The notes: generated by a model from the sequence alone, not told the origin. A stretch of 64,000 nt of DNA from Myxococcota bacterium (GCA_044344255.1 JBIJDH010000005.1:1-64000), one strand, 5' to 3'; numbered from the stretch's first letter, positions 29,472 through 41,106 are shown. Numbers and translations are program-made.

Positions 29472-30734
29472 TCAGGGGTCCTCGGTTGCGTCCGTGGGCG
29501 GCGCGTCGGAGGCGCGGCCAGCCGGCGGGCGGAGGGTGGCCTCGAAGTGCCGGAGGATGGCCTGGAGGGCCTGCGCGGCGGGCGGGGAGGGGTGGACGGT
29601 GAAGGCGTGGGTGGCGCCCACGGCGACGAGCAGGCTCACGTCGGCCCCCACCAGGACGAGGGCCTGGTGGAGGCGGCCGCTCTCCTTCAGGGGTACGAGC
29701 GCGTCCTGGTCGCCATGGACGAGGAGGAAGGGGGGGGCGTTCGCGCTCGCGCGGTGGGCGGGGGAGAGGCGGCGATAGAGGTCCGGTGTGGCGCTGGCCT
29801 TCTCCTGGACGATCCAGCGCTCGAGGAAGGTCCGCGTGAGCGCGTGGGGGCGGGTGACCGTCGGCCAGAGGAGGTCGGCCACCCCGTACATCGAGACGGC
29901 GGACTGGACAGAGCAGTCCCTGTCCTCGAAGCCGGGTTGGAGGCTGGAGTCACCGGCGGTGAGCGCCACCATCGAGGCGAGGTGGCCCCCGGCCGATGCG
30001 CCGATGACGCCGATGCGGTCGGGATCTACACCCAGGGCGACCGCGTGCTCGCGGAGGTAGGCGACGGCGGCCTTGGCGTCGGAGACCGCCGCCTGGAGGG
30101 GGAACCGAGGGGCGAGCCGGTAGCTCGCTGAACAGACGACGAAGCCGCTCGCCGCGAGCTCTGTGCAGTAGTACCAGTTCTGGGCGCGGCTCCCTGCGAC
30201 CCAGGCGCCGCCGTGTAAGAACAGGATGGCGGGGCGGGGGTGGCCCGGCTCGATTGCCGGCGAGGCAGGCCGATAGAGGTCGAGGTCGAGCGACCAGCCG
30301 GCGCCGCTCCGCCAGCCGCGGACGGTCTCCCGGCGCACCTCGGCGCGGGCCGGGGCGCGCAGCAGGAGGCCCCAGCCCCACAGGCGGAGGCGCCCGCCCC
30401 CGGTGCCGGTCCTGGGGAGCGCCGAACCGGCCCCGGCGGGACCGTCGGCGGCGGTCGGGCGGAGCCTCACGCGGTGCGCGCGGAGCCCCGTGAGGAGGAG
30501 CGGCAGGCCGCCGAGGCCCACCCCGATCGCGGTCGCCGGCGCGGCGTAGCCCAGGGAGAGGCCGAACAGCAGCAGCTCTCCGAGGAGGAGCTGGGGCAGG
30601 ATGGCCGTGGTGATCGAGCCCAGGAGGCCGATCGGAGGCCCGATCGCGCGGGGGGCCCGCGACCCCACGGCGGCGGAGAGGCCGAGGGGGAGGACCAGGG
30701 CGAGCCAGCCGAGGAGGAGCGCGTCGAAGATCAT
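29472..30734 (-). CDS. HSL-family esterase/lipase with N-terminal TM helices
   Basis: FLHGGAW, GASAGGHL, VHGDQDALVP, HAF catalytic motifs. Confidence 0.88.
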   Translation of the reverse strand: MIFDALLLGWLALVLPLGLSAAVGSRAPRAIGPPIGLLGSITTAILPQLLLGELLLFGLSLGYAAPATAIGVGLGGLPLLLTGLRAHRVRLRPTAADGPAGAGSALPRTGTGGGRLRLWGWGLLLRAPARAEVRRETVRGWRSGAGWSLDLDLYRPASPAIEPGHPRPAILFLHGGAWVAGSRAQNWYYCTELAASGFVVCSASYRLAPRFPLQAAVSDAKAAVAYLREHAVALGVDPDRIGVIGASAGGHLASMVALTAGDSSLQPGFEDRDCSVQSAVSMYGVADLLWPTVTRPHALTRTFLERWIVQEKASATPDLYRRLSPAHRASANAPPFLLVHGDQDALVPLKESGRLHQALVLVGADVSLLVAVGATHAFTVHPSPPAAQALQAILRHFEATLRPPAGRASDAPPTDATEDP

Positions 30735-30797
30735 GCCCGCCTCGTAGCCGCGCGGGCGGCGCGCCGACACCCCGGCCGCTTCGAGGCCCGCGTGTGC

Positions 30798-30846
30798 GGT
30801 AGAGCCTGTAAGGTAGTGCCTGTAAGGTAGTGCCTGTAAGGTAGAG
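30798..30846. repeat. 14-bp tandem repeat (3.5 copies) in a divergent intergenic region
   Basis: GGTAGAGCCTGTAA GGTAGTGCCTGTAA GGTAGTGCCTGTAA GGTAGAG. Confidence 0.9.
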
Positions 30847-31017
30847 TACAGCCGCGTGTAAGCCGTCTGTAACTCGCAGAATTGGATAGTTTTCGACATA
30901 AATTCTTCGGGCCTGCTCGCTCGACCGAGTGGCCGGAGGCAGCGGGGTCGGCCGTCCGCGGGTCGCCGCGTCGGCGGGTTCACGTGAGAAGGGGGGCCTG
31001 CTGGAGACCCATCGAAC

Positions 31018-32706
<1,689 letters not shown>

Positions 32707-32718
<12 letters not shown>

Positions 32719-32736
32719 CAAGCTCGAGCAGTGACA
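32707..32736. repeat. 14-bp direct repeat duplicating the OmpA gene's stop region
   Basis: CTCGAGCAGTGACA at 32707 and 32723; partial third copy GACCAGTGAC at 32742. Confidence 0.8.
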
Positions 32737-32777
32737 TATTTGACCAGTGACGATCCTCTTCGATTGAGGTCTCTCCG

Positions 32778-33590
32778 ATGCGACTCCCTACCCTTGTCCT
32801 CCTCCTTGTCCTCTCTCCTCCTGCGCTGGCCGCCGACGACGTCGATACGGATGGGGATGGCCTCACCGACGCGGAGGAGGTCGCTCTGGGGAGCAGCACG
32901 CTCCGCCCGGACACGGATGGAGACGGCCTCACCGACGGCTTTGAGGTGGCCGGTCAGGTCGAAGACCCCCCGGACCACGACAGCGACGGTGTCGCCGACC
33001 TCCGCGACGGCGATGACGATGGGGATGGCCTGTCCACCGCCCAAGAGCTCGGGGAGGACTTCGATCCGGCCGATCCCAGCACCGCCGAGGACTGGGACGA
33101 AGACGGAACCCCCGACTACCTCGACCTCGACTCCGACGACGATGACGTGAGCGACGACGGTGAGGTGGAGGGGGACACCGACGGCGACGGCGCCCCCGAC
33201 CGCCACGACGAGGACGACGACGGCGACGGCCTCCCCACCGCCACCGAGCATCACGCCGACCGCGACGGCGACGGCGACGAGGATCCCCACTGCGACAGCG
33301 ACGGCGTCGAGAACAGCCTCGACCTCGACTCGGACGACGACGGGGTCCTCGACGCCGACGAGGGGGAGGGAGACGCCGACGGTGACGGCGCACCCGCCTT
33401 CTGTGACGACGACGAGGGCGCCGACGGCCTCTTCGACAGCGGGGAGCCCGAGCCGGAGGTCGATCCGCTGGTCGGGGCGAAGCTCCAGGGCTCGGGGGTG
33501 GGCAACTGCGCTCAGGCCCCCGCCCCGACGGGGCTCGGCGCGGCGCTGGTGGGCCTCCTCGGCCTCTTCTGGCGCCGACGCCGAGCGTAG
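32778..33590 (+). CDS. Asp-rich Ca-binding repeat surface protein with a MYXO-CTERM-like anchor
   Basis: Signal peptide; DTDGDGLTD / DSDDDG repeats; tail GNCAQAP..AALVGLLGLFWRRRRA. Confidence 0.85.
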   Translation: MRLPTLVLLLVLSPPALAADDVDTDGDGLTDAEEVALGSSTLRPDTDGDGLTDGFEVAGQVEDPPDHDSDGVADLRDGDDDGDGLSTAQELGEDFDPADPSTAEDWDEDGTPDYLDLDSDDDDVSDDGEVEGDTDGDGAPDRHDEDDDGDGLPTATEHHADRDGDGDEDPHCDSDGVENSLDLDSDDDGVLDADEGEGDADGDGAPAFCDDDEGADGLFDSGEPEPEVDPLVGAKLQGSGVGNCAQAPAPTGLGAALVGLLGLFWRRRRA

Positions 33591-33636
33591 ATCGGGCAGC
33601 CGGCGGGCGGGTGGAGCTGGCCTGCGATGGATTCGC

Positions 33637-34767
33637 TCATCCAGGCCGGTCGGACGGCTCGGTCGGGTCGGTCGGCTCGACGCCCGCGACCGCGAGCCCC
33701 AGGGCGGCGCCGCGGGCCCGCGCGCGGGCGGCCATCTCGGGGGTGGTCTGGTACCAGTTGATGCCCCCGCAGCCGGCGCAGACCCCCTCGAAGCGCCCAG
33801 CGAGCTGCTCCAGCCGCAGGCGGGTGAGCGTCGGGCCCTCCCAGAGGGTCCGAAAGGAGTCGAGGGCGAGGGAGCCCAGGCGGAGCTCGCTCTGGAGATC
33901 GGCGCAGCAGGCCTGCAGCGCGCCGTCCTGGCGGATCACGGGCGTCAGCCACAGGGCCGGGCAGGCCCCTCGACCGCCACGGTGGCCGTCATCCTCCACC
34001 CAGGGGCGCTGCTCCCAGACGAGGATGTGGGCGTTCCCCACACGACCGGGGCGGATCCCGGCGCCGAGCACGTGCCGCTCGTAGAGGGCGTCCGCCGCCG
34101 CCTGCCCCGCGGCCCCGCCGCCGACGCTGAGGCGCTTGAACAGGATCTCGTCGTGCCAGCGGGTGGCGTCCCCTTGGCAGGCGAGGAGGTCAGACCAATA
34201 GCGGAGGAAGTCGGCGGCCTCTTCGGCGTTGCCGGGCTGGACCACGAACTGGAGCTGGGTGTTGACCCGGGCGCCCGTCTCCCGCCGACGTCGGAGCAGG
34301 TGGCGGACGTTCCGTCGCACGCGGGCGAGGGCGTCCCGGCCCTTCACGAAGGTGTAGGTGGCCTCGGTGTGGGCGTCGAGGGTGAACACGAGGAGCAGCG
34401 GCGGCCCCTCGGCGGGGAGGGCGTCGAGGAGGGCGTCGAGGCGCGCCGGGGTGAGCAGGATCCCGTTGCTGTCCACCCGCAGGTAGCCGACCCGGCCGGC
34501 CAGCCGGCGCGCGGCGACCGCGACCAGCTCGGGCAGGGCTGGGTGGAGGGAGGGGTCTCCGAGCCACTGGAAGATGATGTGGTCGAAGCGGAGGTCTTCC
34601 TGGACGAGCCCGTCTACGATCTGAGACCAGCGCGCGGGATCGAGGTAGCCCTTGGCGAGGCCGTGAACGGTCTCCCAACCCTCGTGGTGGGGCGCGCACA
34701 TTCGGCAGGCGAGGTTGCAGTGGTCGGTGGGCTCCACTTGGAGCACGCCGTCGCCGGTGGGTTGCAT
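33637..34767 (-). CDS. Radical SAM protein with SPASM/twitch domain
   Basis: CNLACRMC; GDPSLHP; C-terminal CPALW..DGALQACC..CAGC. Confidence 0.88.
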   Translation of the reverse strand: MQPTGDGVLQVEPTDHCNLACRMCAPHHEGWETVHGLAKGYLDPARWSQIVDGLVQEDLRFDHIIFQWLGDPSLHPALPELVAVAARRLAGRVGYLRVDSNGILLTPARLDALLDALPAEGPPLLLVFTLDAHTEATYTFVKGRDALARVRRNVRHLLRRRRETGARVNTQLQFVVQPGNAEEAADFLRYWSDLLACQGDATRWHDEILFKRLSVGGGAAGQAAADALYERHVLGAGIRPGRVGNAHILVWEQRPWVEDDGHRGGRGACPALWLTPVIRQDGALQACCADLQSELRLGSLALDSFRTLWEGPTLTRLRLEQLAGRFEGVCAGCGGINWYQTTPEMAARARARGAALGLAVAGVEPTDPTEPSDRPG

Positions 34768-34811
34768 CGGGGCAGTCTACCCGGCTCGGCTGGCGCGGTC
34801 GGGCGGCGGCC

Positions 34812-36293
34812 TCAATCCCCCAGCCGGCCGCTGCGGAGGTCGTAGCGCTTGATGAGGCGGTGGAGCACGTGGCGGCTGGAGAGGCCGAGCTCGGCGATCA
34901 CCTCGGCCTGTCGCCCGTGGTGGCGATCGAGGGCCTCCTGGACCCGCTCGGCGGGGATGCTGAGCGGATCAACCCCGACCGCGCTCGCCCGGGGCCCGGC
35001 GGAGGGAGGGTCGTCGGTGCGCTCCTCGAGGTCAACCCAGGTGTCGAGGGCCGCGCCGGACTGGCCGAGTGAGGTCCACAAGAGCGACTCGAGCTCGCGA
35101 ATATGCGTGGTGTAACGTCTGCGTAACAGGCCGCGCATCAGCGTCGCCGTGAGGCGGGGAGGCCGCTCGAGGTCTCCCTCCGGGAAGCAGCGCAGCGCGA
35201 TGGCGGGGTCCGAGCGGCCGATCCGGATCAGCAGGTGCCGCACGAGGAGGGGGATGTCGTCGCGGCGCTGGTTGAGGTCTGGCAGCTCGACCCGCAGGCG
35301 GAAGCGGGCGAGCACGTCCTCTTTGAGGGCAGACTCGGGCCGGTTGGTGGCGGCGATCAGGCGGAGGTCGGTGTGGCGGGGCCGGGCGTCGCCGAGGCGG
35401 TGGTACTCGCCTTGATCGAGGACCCGGAGCAGGTGCGACTGGGCGGCGAGGGGGAGCTCACCGAACTCGTCGAGGAAGAGGGTCGAGCGGTCGGCCTCGC
35501 CGATGAGGCCCGGCCGCTCGGCCATCCCGGGGTTTGGGTAGCTCTTGGCGTTGCCGAACAGCTCGGCGTCGACGAGCCCGTCGGGGATGGTGGCGGCGTT
35601 CCGAGAGACGATGGGGCGTCCCGCGCGGGGAGACAGGGCGTGGATGGCCTGGGCGACCAGCTCCTTGCCGGCGCCGCTCGGGCCGCGCACGAGCACGTGG
35701 GCGGGGCGGGGTCCCACGAAGGCGACCCGGTGCCGGAGCTCCCAGGCGGCCGCGCTCTCTCCGACGATGCCGAAGGCGTCCGCCTGGCCGAAGGGGAAGT
35801 CTGGCCACGCGGCCGAGCCTGCGGGCGGCGCGGGGAGCGTCCAGGGGCGGGCCGTGCACAGGAAGAGGGCGACCCCCTTCAGCTCGACCAGATCGCCGGG
35901 CTGGAGTTCGGCGGCCTCGGTTGAGAGTCCGTTGACGAGCAGCGGGCAGCGGCCCACGTTCTGCACGCGGAGCCCGCCCCGTCGGCCCTCGAAGCGGAGC
36001 TGGTCGCGGGAGATCTGGGGCGCTTGCAGCGTGCTCGTCCGCTCGGCGCGGCCGGGGCGAGGGCGGCCGAAGGTCACCCGGCTCGATCCATCTCCGGCCG
36101 GCCCGGATGAGCGGCCGAGCGTCGCTGAGCCGGGGGTGCCGCCCGGTACGAGCGCGATCTCGCCCACCCGCTCGCCCTCGTCCTTCGACCAGGCGAGGCA
36201 GAGGGCGGTCACGAGCTCGGAGGAGGGGCGACGGCCCTCGACCTCTCCGTCATGGGTGGTGTCGTCGATGGGGAGGGTGGCGCCAGCGGTCAC
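34812..36293 (-). CDS. FHA-like domain + sigma54-activator-type AAA+ + HTH regulator with a non-canonical L1 loop; cassette 2
   Basis: GPSGAGKELVA, ELFG, TLFLDEFGEL, LIAATNR, HIREL, C-terminal HTH; SYPNPG in place of GAFTGA; GTG start abuts the upstream TGA. Confidence 0.88.
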   Translation of the reverse strand: MTAGATLPIDDTTHDGEVEGRRPSSELVTALCLAWSKDEGERVGEIALVPGGTPGSATLGRSSGPAGDGSSRVTFGRPRPGRAERTSTLQAPQISRDQLRFEGRRGGLRVQNVGRCPLLVNGLSTEAAELQPGDLVELKGVALFLCTARPWTLPAPPAGSAAWPDFPFGQADAFGIVGESAAAWELRHRVAFVGPRPAHVLVRGPSGAGKELVAQAIHALSPRAGRPIVSRNAATIPDGLVDAELFGNAKSYPNPGMAERPGLIGEADRSTLFLDEFGELPLAAQSHLLRVLDQGEYHRLGDARPRHTDLRLIAATNRPESALKEDVLARFRLRVELPDLNQRRDDIPLLVRHLLIRIGRSDPAIALRCFPEGDLERPPRLTATLMRGLLRRRYTTHIRELESLLWTSLGQSGAALDTWVDLEERTDDPPSAGPRASAVGVDPLSIPAERVQEALDRHHGRQAEVIAELGLSSRHVLHRLIKRYDLRSGRLGD

Positions 36294-38039
36294 TCAATCA
36301 CCCTGTCCAAAGTAGAGGTGTCCGAGATCGTTGGAGGAGTCCGAGACCAGCAGGCCATCCACTCCAGGCCCCGACGCGTCGGGGAGGCGCGCCAGGGTGA
36401 GCCCGAAGTGGGGGTGGTCGGCCTCGGGGGTGAAGGTCGCGGTCGCGCCGGGGCCGTCCGGGGAGAGGGGGCCGTAGTAGACCGTCACCTGCTCGAGCAG
36501 GCCGTCCTGTCCGGTCATGTACGCGTTGTCGCTCGCCGCGAGGTCGCGCTGTCCGTCACCGTCGAGGTCGAGGGTGGTCAGGCTGAGCCCGAAGGCGCTC
36601 CCGAGCGCGCCCCGGCTGTCGAAGGCGGTGTCACCGTCGGCCAGCAGGAGCACGCCCGCCTCCAAGGGGCCGGGGAAGAGGTAGACCACGCCGCCGCTGT
36701 CGTCCGACCACATGTTGGGGGCGGACACGACGAGATCGACGGCGTCGTCGCCCGTGAGCTCGGCCACCTCGACCGCGGCACCCCAGTCGCCCGAACCGAG
36801 CCCGTCGCTGTGCACCCGGGACCAGGCGTCGGCGCTGGTGCGCGCCAGGGCCTCGTCGTCGAGGCTGCGCTTGAACCAGAACCCGGCGCCGGTGGTGATG
36901 CCGTCTCTCCCGCTGGTGACGAAGAGCTCGTCCTGCCCGTCACCATCTGCGTCTCCGCTGGTGATGCGGAGCCCGAGGTTGTCGCTCGCGGTGGCGCCGT
37001 CGATGCGCCAGGAGAGGTCGCTCAGCGTGAGGTCACCGCTCAGGGGCGCGTCGTCGCCGAACAGGACGTCGACCCGGCCGGCGCTGGCGGCGCCCGACAG
37101 GCCGGTGGCGCGTTCGTCGGTGACCCCGAGCTCGGGGAGGCCGTCGCCGTCCAGATCGCCGAGGGCGCGGAGGTCGGTGCCGAAGGAGTCCTGCCGCTCG
37201 TCCACGTCGGCCGCGCTGACCGTGTCGGGCGCGAAGACGCGCGCGACCCGCTGGACGGCCTCGCCCGCGCCGGGGTCTCCGAGGTCATAGAGGTAGAGCG
37301 CGGGGGTGAAGCCGCGGTGGGCGGTGACCACGCGGGGCGCGCCGGCGATCCAGGCGGCGGCCCCCGAGGTGAGCTCGGTCGTGTCGTCGATCACCCACGT
37401 GGCCGTGGCGCCGGGGACGGTGACGCCGGGGGCCCAGCTCGCCTCGCTCGGCAGGATGGCGAGGCTCTGGGCGGCAGAGCCATAGAACCACTGACCGAAG
37501 GCGACCTCGGGCCGTCCGTCGCCGTCGAGGTCGGGCCAGCCGAAGATGACCGAGTTGATGTCGAAGGTGTAGTCGAAGGTGAAGGTGAGACCGCCATCCC
37601 AGGGCTGCTCACCCTCGAGCCGGCAGGCGTCGGTGACGGCGCAGTCTTGATCGACCCCGTCCCCGCAGACCTCCTCGGCGCCCGGGCGGGCGGCGGCGGA
37701 GGTGTCGTCGCAGTCGCCGCCCTCGAGGGTGGTGCCGGCGGCGCCGGGGCAGGCGGGCACGGACTGCTGGCCGAAGCCGTCGCCGTCCGCGTCGATGAAG
37801 GCCTCGATCGTGACACCCTCGTCGACGGCCCCGTCGCAGTCGTCGTCGGCCTCGTTGCAGCGCTCGTCGGCGCCGGGGTGGCGCTGGGCGTCGTCGTCGT
37901 CGCAGTCCCGCTCGGCCCCCTCGCTGACGCCGGACCAGCCGTCGCCGTCTCGATCCGGCCTCATGGGGTCGCAGCCGAGGCCGGCGATCAGGAGCCAAGC
38001 CGTCCAGCGGGGCCGGAGCACGAGGAGGGAACTACTCAT
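36294..38039 (-). CDS. DCDD-repeat + FG-GAP beta-propeller lipoprotein; cassette 2
   Basis: GLGC lipobox; DCDDDD..PGADERC; DLDGDGRPEV, GDLDGDGLPEL, GDADGDGQDEL repeats. Confidence 0.85.
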   Translation of the reverse strand: MSSSLLVLRPRWTAWLLIAGLGCDPMRPDRDGDGWSGVSEGAERDCDDDDAQRHPGADERCNEADDDCDGAVDEGVTIEAFIDADGDGFGQQSVPACPGAAGTTLEGGDCDDTSAAARPGAEEVCGDGVDQDCAVTDACRLEGEQPWDGGLTFTFDYTFDINSVIFGWPDLDGDGRPEVAFGQWFYGSAAQSLAILPSEASWAPGVTVPGATATWVIDDTTELTSGAAAWIAGAPRVVTAHRGFTPALYLYDLGDPGAGEAVQRVARVFAPDTVSAADVDERQDSFGTDLRALGDLDGDGLPELGVTDERATGLSGAASAGRVDVLFGDDAPLSGDLTLSDLSWRIDGATASDNLGLRITSGDADGDGQDELFVTSGRDGITTGAGFWFKRSLDDEALARTSADAWSRVHSDGLGSGDWGAAVEVAELTGDDAVDLVVSAPNMWSDDSGGVVYLFPGPLEAGVLLLADGDTAFDSRGALGSAFGLSLTTLDLDGDGQRDLAASDNAYMTGQDGLLEQVTVYYGPLSPDGPGATATFTPEADHPHFGLTLARLPDASGPGVDGLLVSDSSNDLGHLYFGQGD

Positions 38040-38049
38040 GTGCGGCTCC

Positions 38050-39231
38050 CTAAAATTGGCCCGAGAGCCGCAGCACACCCGGCACGGGAAGGCTGAGCGA
38101 GAGGGAGGGCCCCATGGAGAGGCCGACCCCGGTCAGCGCGGCCCCGAGGGTGGCGACGCCGGCTGATCCGTAGATCCAGACCCGACGGGTGCGGGCGGCG
38201 CCGAGGGCCTCGTAATACTCGGCGTCTGAGCTTGTCTCTGTGTCGTCGCGCGTGAGGAGGCTCCAGCCGAGGCCGCCGAGCGCCCCCGCCGCGCCGACGC
38301 TGAGGGCGGTGACGCCCGCCGAGCGCAGGGCCGTCGCCCTGCGGGCCCGCGCGAGCTCCGCCGCCGAGGCGGTGCCGATGCGCTGCCAGGTGCCGGGGCC
38401 CCGCCAGACGATGCCCTTCACCTCGACGTAGACGACCTCCGATCCGGAGAGGCGCGAGGCGGCGATAGCGTCGAGGGCGGCGGCCCCCTCGGGGAGGTCG
38501 ACGCTGTCGAGGAGCACGGCGCCGTCCCCCACGAGGGCCACGCCGTCGTCGGCCCGGAGGTCGATGAGGGCGGTCCAGGTGGCCTCGCCTGCGATCTGGA
38601 CGAGGTGCTGGCCGGCGGGCAGCTTCAGCCGTGGGCCGTCCATGAGGTTGCCGTCGACCACGAGGGTGCCCTTCGCGGCGACGTCGGAGAGCACCGAGAG
38701 GGTGCCCTCCCGCCGTTGACGGGAGGAGAGCTCGTCGAAGAGGGGCTTGGCCTCTGCGGAGTGGCGGGTGGGGTAGACGAAGCTGCGGTCGTAGTCGAGC
38801 ACGCGGAGGAAATTGCGCTCGGCTGCGGCGCTGTCACCGAGGGCGTAGGCGGAGAGGCCGCGGAGGAAGTGGAGCTGCGCGCCGAGCGAGCGCTCGACCG
38901 TGCCCTTGAGGCAAGGGAGCTGGGCGATCGCCTGGTCGAGCAGGGGGAGGGCGCGCTCGAAGTCCTGGCGGACGATGCGGGGCTCGACCTTGTTGCTGGC
39001 GATGTCCCAGAGGCTCAGCACCTCCACCCCGGGGCCTGGACAGGCGGGGGGCTGCGGACCTCCGACCACGGTGATCGAGCCGGTGAGCAGGGTCTCAATG
39101 GAGATGAGGACGAAGGCGTCGTCGGGCTCCCCGGTGACCCGCCCCACCGCGGACAAGGCCTCTGCGCCCGTCCCAGCGTGCAGGACGGGGTCAGCCGCGA
39201 GGGCGAAGGCGGGGAGCAGGAGGGCGAACAA
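38050..39231 (-). CDS. Secreted 'LPCL' protein; cassette 2
   Basis: Signal peptide ..AFALA; ACPGP..LPCL-x16-GL..GTLVVDG; two Gly-rich hydrophobic helices; ends PGVLRLSGQF. Confidence 0.8.
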   Translation of the reverse strand: MFALLLPAFALAADPVLHAGTGAEALSAVGRVTGEPDDAFVLISIETLLTGSITVVGGPQPPACPGPGVEVLSLWDIASNKVEPRIVRQDFERALPLLDQAIAQLPCLKGTVERSLGAQLHFLRGLSAYALGDSAAAERNFLRVLDYDRSFVYPTRHSAEAKPLFDELSSRQRREGTLSVLSDVAAKGTLVVDGNLMDGPRLKLPAGQHLVQIAGEATWTALIDLRADDGVALVGDGAVLLDSVDLPEGAAALDAIAASRLSGSEVVYVEVKGIVWRGPGTWQRIGTASAAELARARRATALRSAGVTALSVGAAGALGGLGWSLLTRDDTETSSDAEYYEALGAARTRRVWIYGSAGVATLGAALTGVGLSMGPSLSLSLPVPGVLRLSGQF

Positions 39232-39243
39232 CCGGGCCTCGAG

Positions 39244-40830
39244 TCAGGAGCAGTCCATCTCACGGTCGAAGTCGTAGCACACCGTGGCGGTCCCCTCTGC
39301 GGGCACCTCCACCGAGCGCTCGAAGGCTTGACCCTGGTGGACCAGCTTCACCTTATGCCGCCCGGTGGTCACCCGCCCGTCGAAGCGGTGCGCCCCGAGG
39401 GCGGCGCCGTCGAGGTAGAGGGTGACCTCGGAGGCGGGCGCGGCGGAGATGCGCAGCCGCCCGGTCTTTGTGCTGTGGTTGTCGGCCTTGGGCGGCGGCT
39501 CTTCGGGGCGGGCGGCCTCCGCTGGGGGAACCTCCTTGGCAGGAGGCCGGGGCGACCGGGGGGAGGCCTGGGGAGCGGCGGCCGTGGGGGAGGCGGCCGG
39601 CGCCTCGATCGGAGCGGCCTCCTCGACGGGCGCCTCTGCCTCTGCGAGCTGCGTCTCGTGCGGCGGGATCGGCGCGCGCTGCTGTCCGGCCGAAGACGGG
39701 GGAGCCCTTCCGATCCAGAGCACGGCGCCGACGCCGAGCAGGGCCCCGAGGGCGCAGAGCGCCGCCACCGCCGCTGCGATGGACCAGAGGGAGCGCCGCG
39801 GACCCACCGGGAGCAGAGAGCCGTCGAAGGTGTCGGCGCTGGGGGCGCGGCGGCGCGCGGCCTCGGGGTCGTCGACCCCGGTGCCCGCGGTGGCCGGAGC
39901 GGGCGCGGTGGCGGGGGCCTCGGTGGGCGGCACGTCGGCGGTGGCGCCAGCGGGGGCGTCGCTGGCGGGGTCACCGATGCTGAAGTGGCCGTTCGGCAGG
40001 ACGGTGTGGTCGGGATCGATGCCCGGCCACGCCGCGAGGACCGCCCCTGCGTCGCGGAAGCGGTCGCCCGGCGCGAAGGCCATGCAGCGGCGGAGCAGGG
40101 CCTCGAGCTCGGGGGACAGGCGGGCCCCGAGGCGGCGGGGGTCCTCCCAGGCGCCCTGGGCCACCTTGTTGACGATCTCGAAGAGGTTTCCGGTGAAGGC
40201 GGGGCGCCCGCAGATCAAGTGGTAGAGCAGGCAGCCGAGGGAGTAGACGTCGGCCCGCGCGTCGACCTGCCGGGCAGAGCGGAACTGCTCGGGCGCCATG
40301 TAGCCCGGGGTGCCCATCGCGATGCCGCTGCGGGTGCCGGTGTGCCCGTCTTGTACGACCTTGGCGATGCCGAAGTCGGTGACGCGGGGGAACCAGCTCC
40401 CCTCGGCGCTGCGGCTGAGCAGCACGTTGCTCGGCTTGATGTCGCGATGGACGAGGCCGCGCGCGTGGGCCTCGGCGACGCCGGCGAGCACGCCGCGCAT
40501 GAGGCTGTCGATCTCGGAGACCGTGAGGCGGCGCTCGTCGAGCAGGGCCTGGAGCGAGGGCCCATCGACGAAGTCCATCACCAGGGCGGGCTGACCGTCG
40601 AGGAGGATGACGTCGGTGACGGGGACGACGTTGGGGTGCCGAAAGGCGGCCTGGAGCTGCCCCTCGCGTACGAGGCGCTCCATCAGGGAGCGGCGGGGGA
40701 CCGGCACCACCTTGAGCGCGTGCAGGCTGTGCAGCGTCGTGTGGCGCACCCGGTAGACGACCCCCATGCCGCCCTCCGCGAGGAGGGACTCGACCTGGTA
40801 GCGATCGACGATGGAGCCGGTGACGAGCAT
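39244..40830 (-). CDS. Membrane Ser/Thr protein kinase with a PEGA-like C-terminal domain; cassette 2
   Basis: HRDIKPSN, DFG, GTPGYMAPEQ, DVYSLG; TM helix; TLYLDG..GRHKVKL; ends VCYDFDREMDCS. Confidence 0.93.
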   Translation of the reverse strand: MLVTGSIVDRYQVESLLAEGGMGVVYRVRHTTLHSLHALKVVPVPRRSLMERLVREGQLQAAFRHPNVVPVTDVILLDGQPALVMDFVDGPSLQALLDERRLTVSEIDSLMRGVLAGVAEAHARGLVHRDIKPSNVLLSRSAEGSWFPRVTDFGIAKVVQDGHTGTRSGIAMGTPGYMAPEQFRSARQVDARADVYSLGCLLYHLICGRPAFTGNLFEIVNKVAQGAWEDPRRLGARLSPELEALLRRCMAFAPGDRFRDAGAVLAAWPGIDPDHTVLPNGHFSIGDPASDAPAGATADVPPTEAPATAPAPATAGTGVDDPEAARRRAPSADTFDGSLLPVGPRRSLWSIAAAVAALCALGALLGVGAVLWIGRAPPSSAGQQRAPIPPHETQLAEAEAPVEEAAPIEAPAASPTAAAPQASPRSPRPPAKEVPPAEAARPEEPPPKADNHSTKTGRLRISAAPASEVTLYLDGAALGAHRFDGRVTTGRHKVKLVHQGQAFERSVEVPAEGTATVCYDFDREMDCS

Positions 40831-41027
40831 GCCGCCGTAGCGTATCACCGGGCGGCTGGAGTCCCGCTCACCGGCCCGCCGCGCGCCCCGTCCTCCGCGC
40901 CTCGTCCTCCGCGCGCCGTGCGCGCAGGCGCGCGCCGGCCCGCGCAGGGTCCCGAGCGGTGCCCCGAGCGGGTGGCGGATGCGCGTCTATGGCGTGCGGA
41001 TGGACCTCCTCGCGAGCGAGGGAGGCC

Positions 41028-41043
41028 TGGCACGGAAGGTGCT
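41028..41043 (+). promoter_or_regulatory. Sigma54 (-24/-12) promoter upstream of the RCC1-repeat gene
   Basis: TGGCACGGAAGGTGCT, with GG and GC at consensus spacing. Confidence 0.68.
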
Positions 41044-41106
41044 TTGGGTCTCCTCGCGGTGTGAAGCGCCGCCCGGTCCGCCTGACTCACCTCGAGGAAA
41101 ACACCT

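Noticed and set aside
30798..30846. Repeat cluster as a mini-CRISPR (also 43888-43935)
   Set aside because: Units are 14-16 bp, directly abutting with no spacers, and no cas genes are present
30885..30915. dif-like site (TTATGTCGAAA on the minus strand)
   Set aside because: It resembles only a XerD arm; no matching XerC arm 6 bp away
33637..34767. Radical SAM/SPASM enzyme as a RiPP maturase
   Set aside because: No credible short precursor ORF, RRE domain or peptide exporter adjacent
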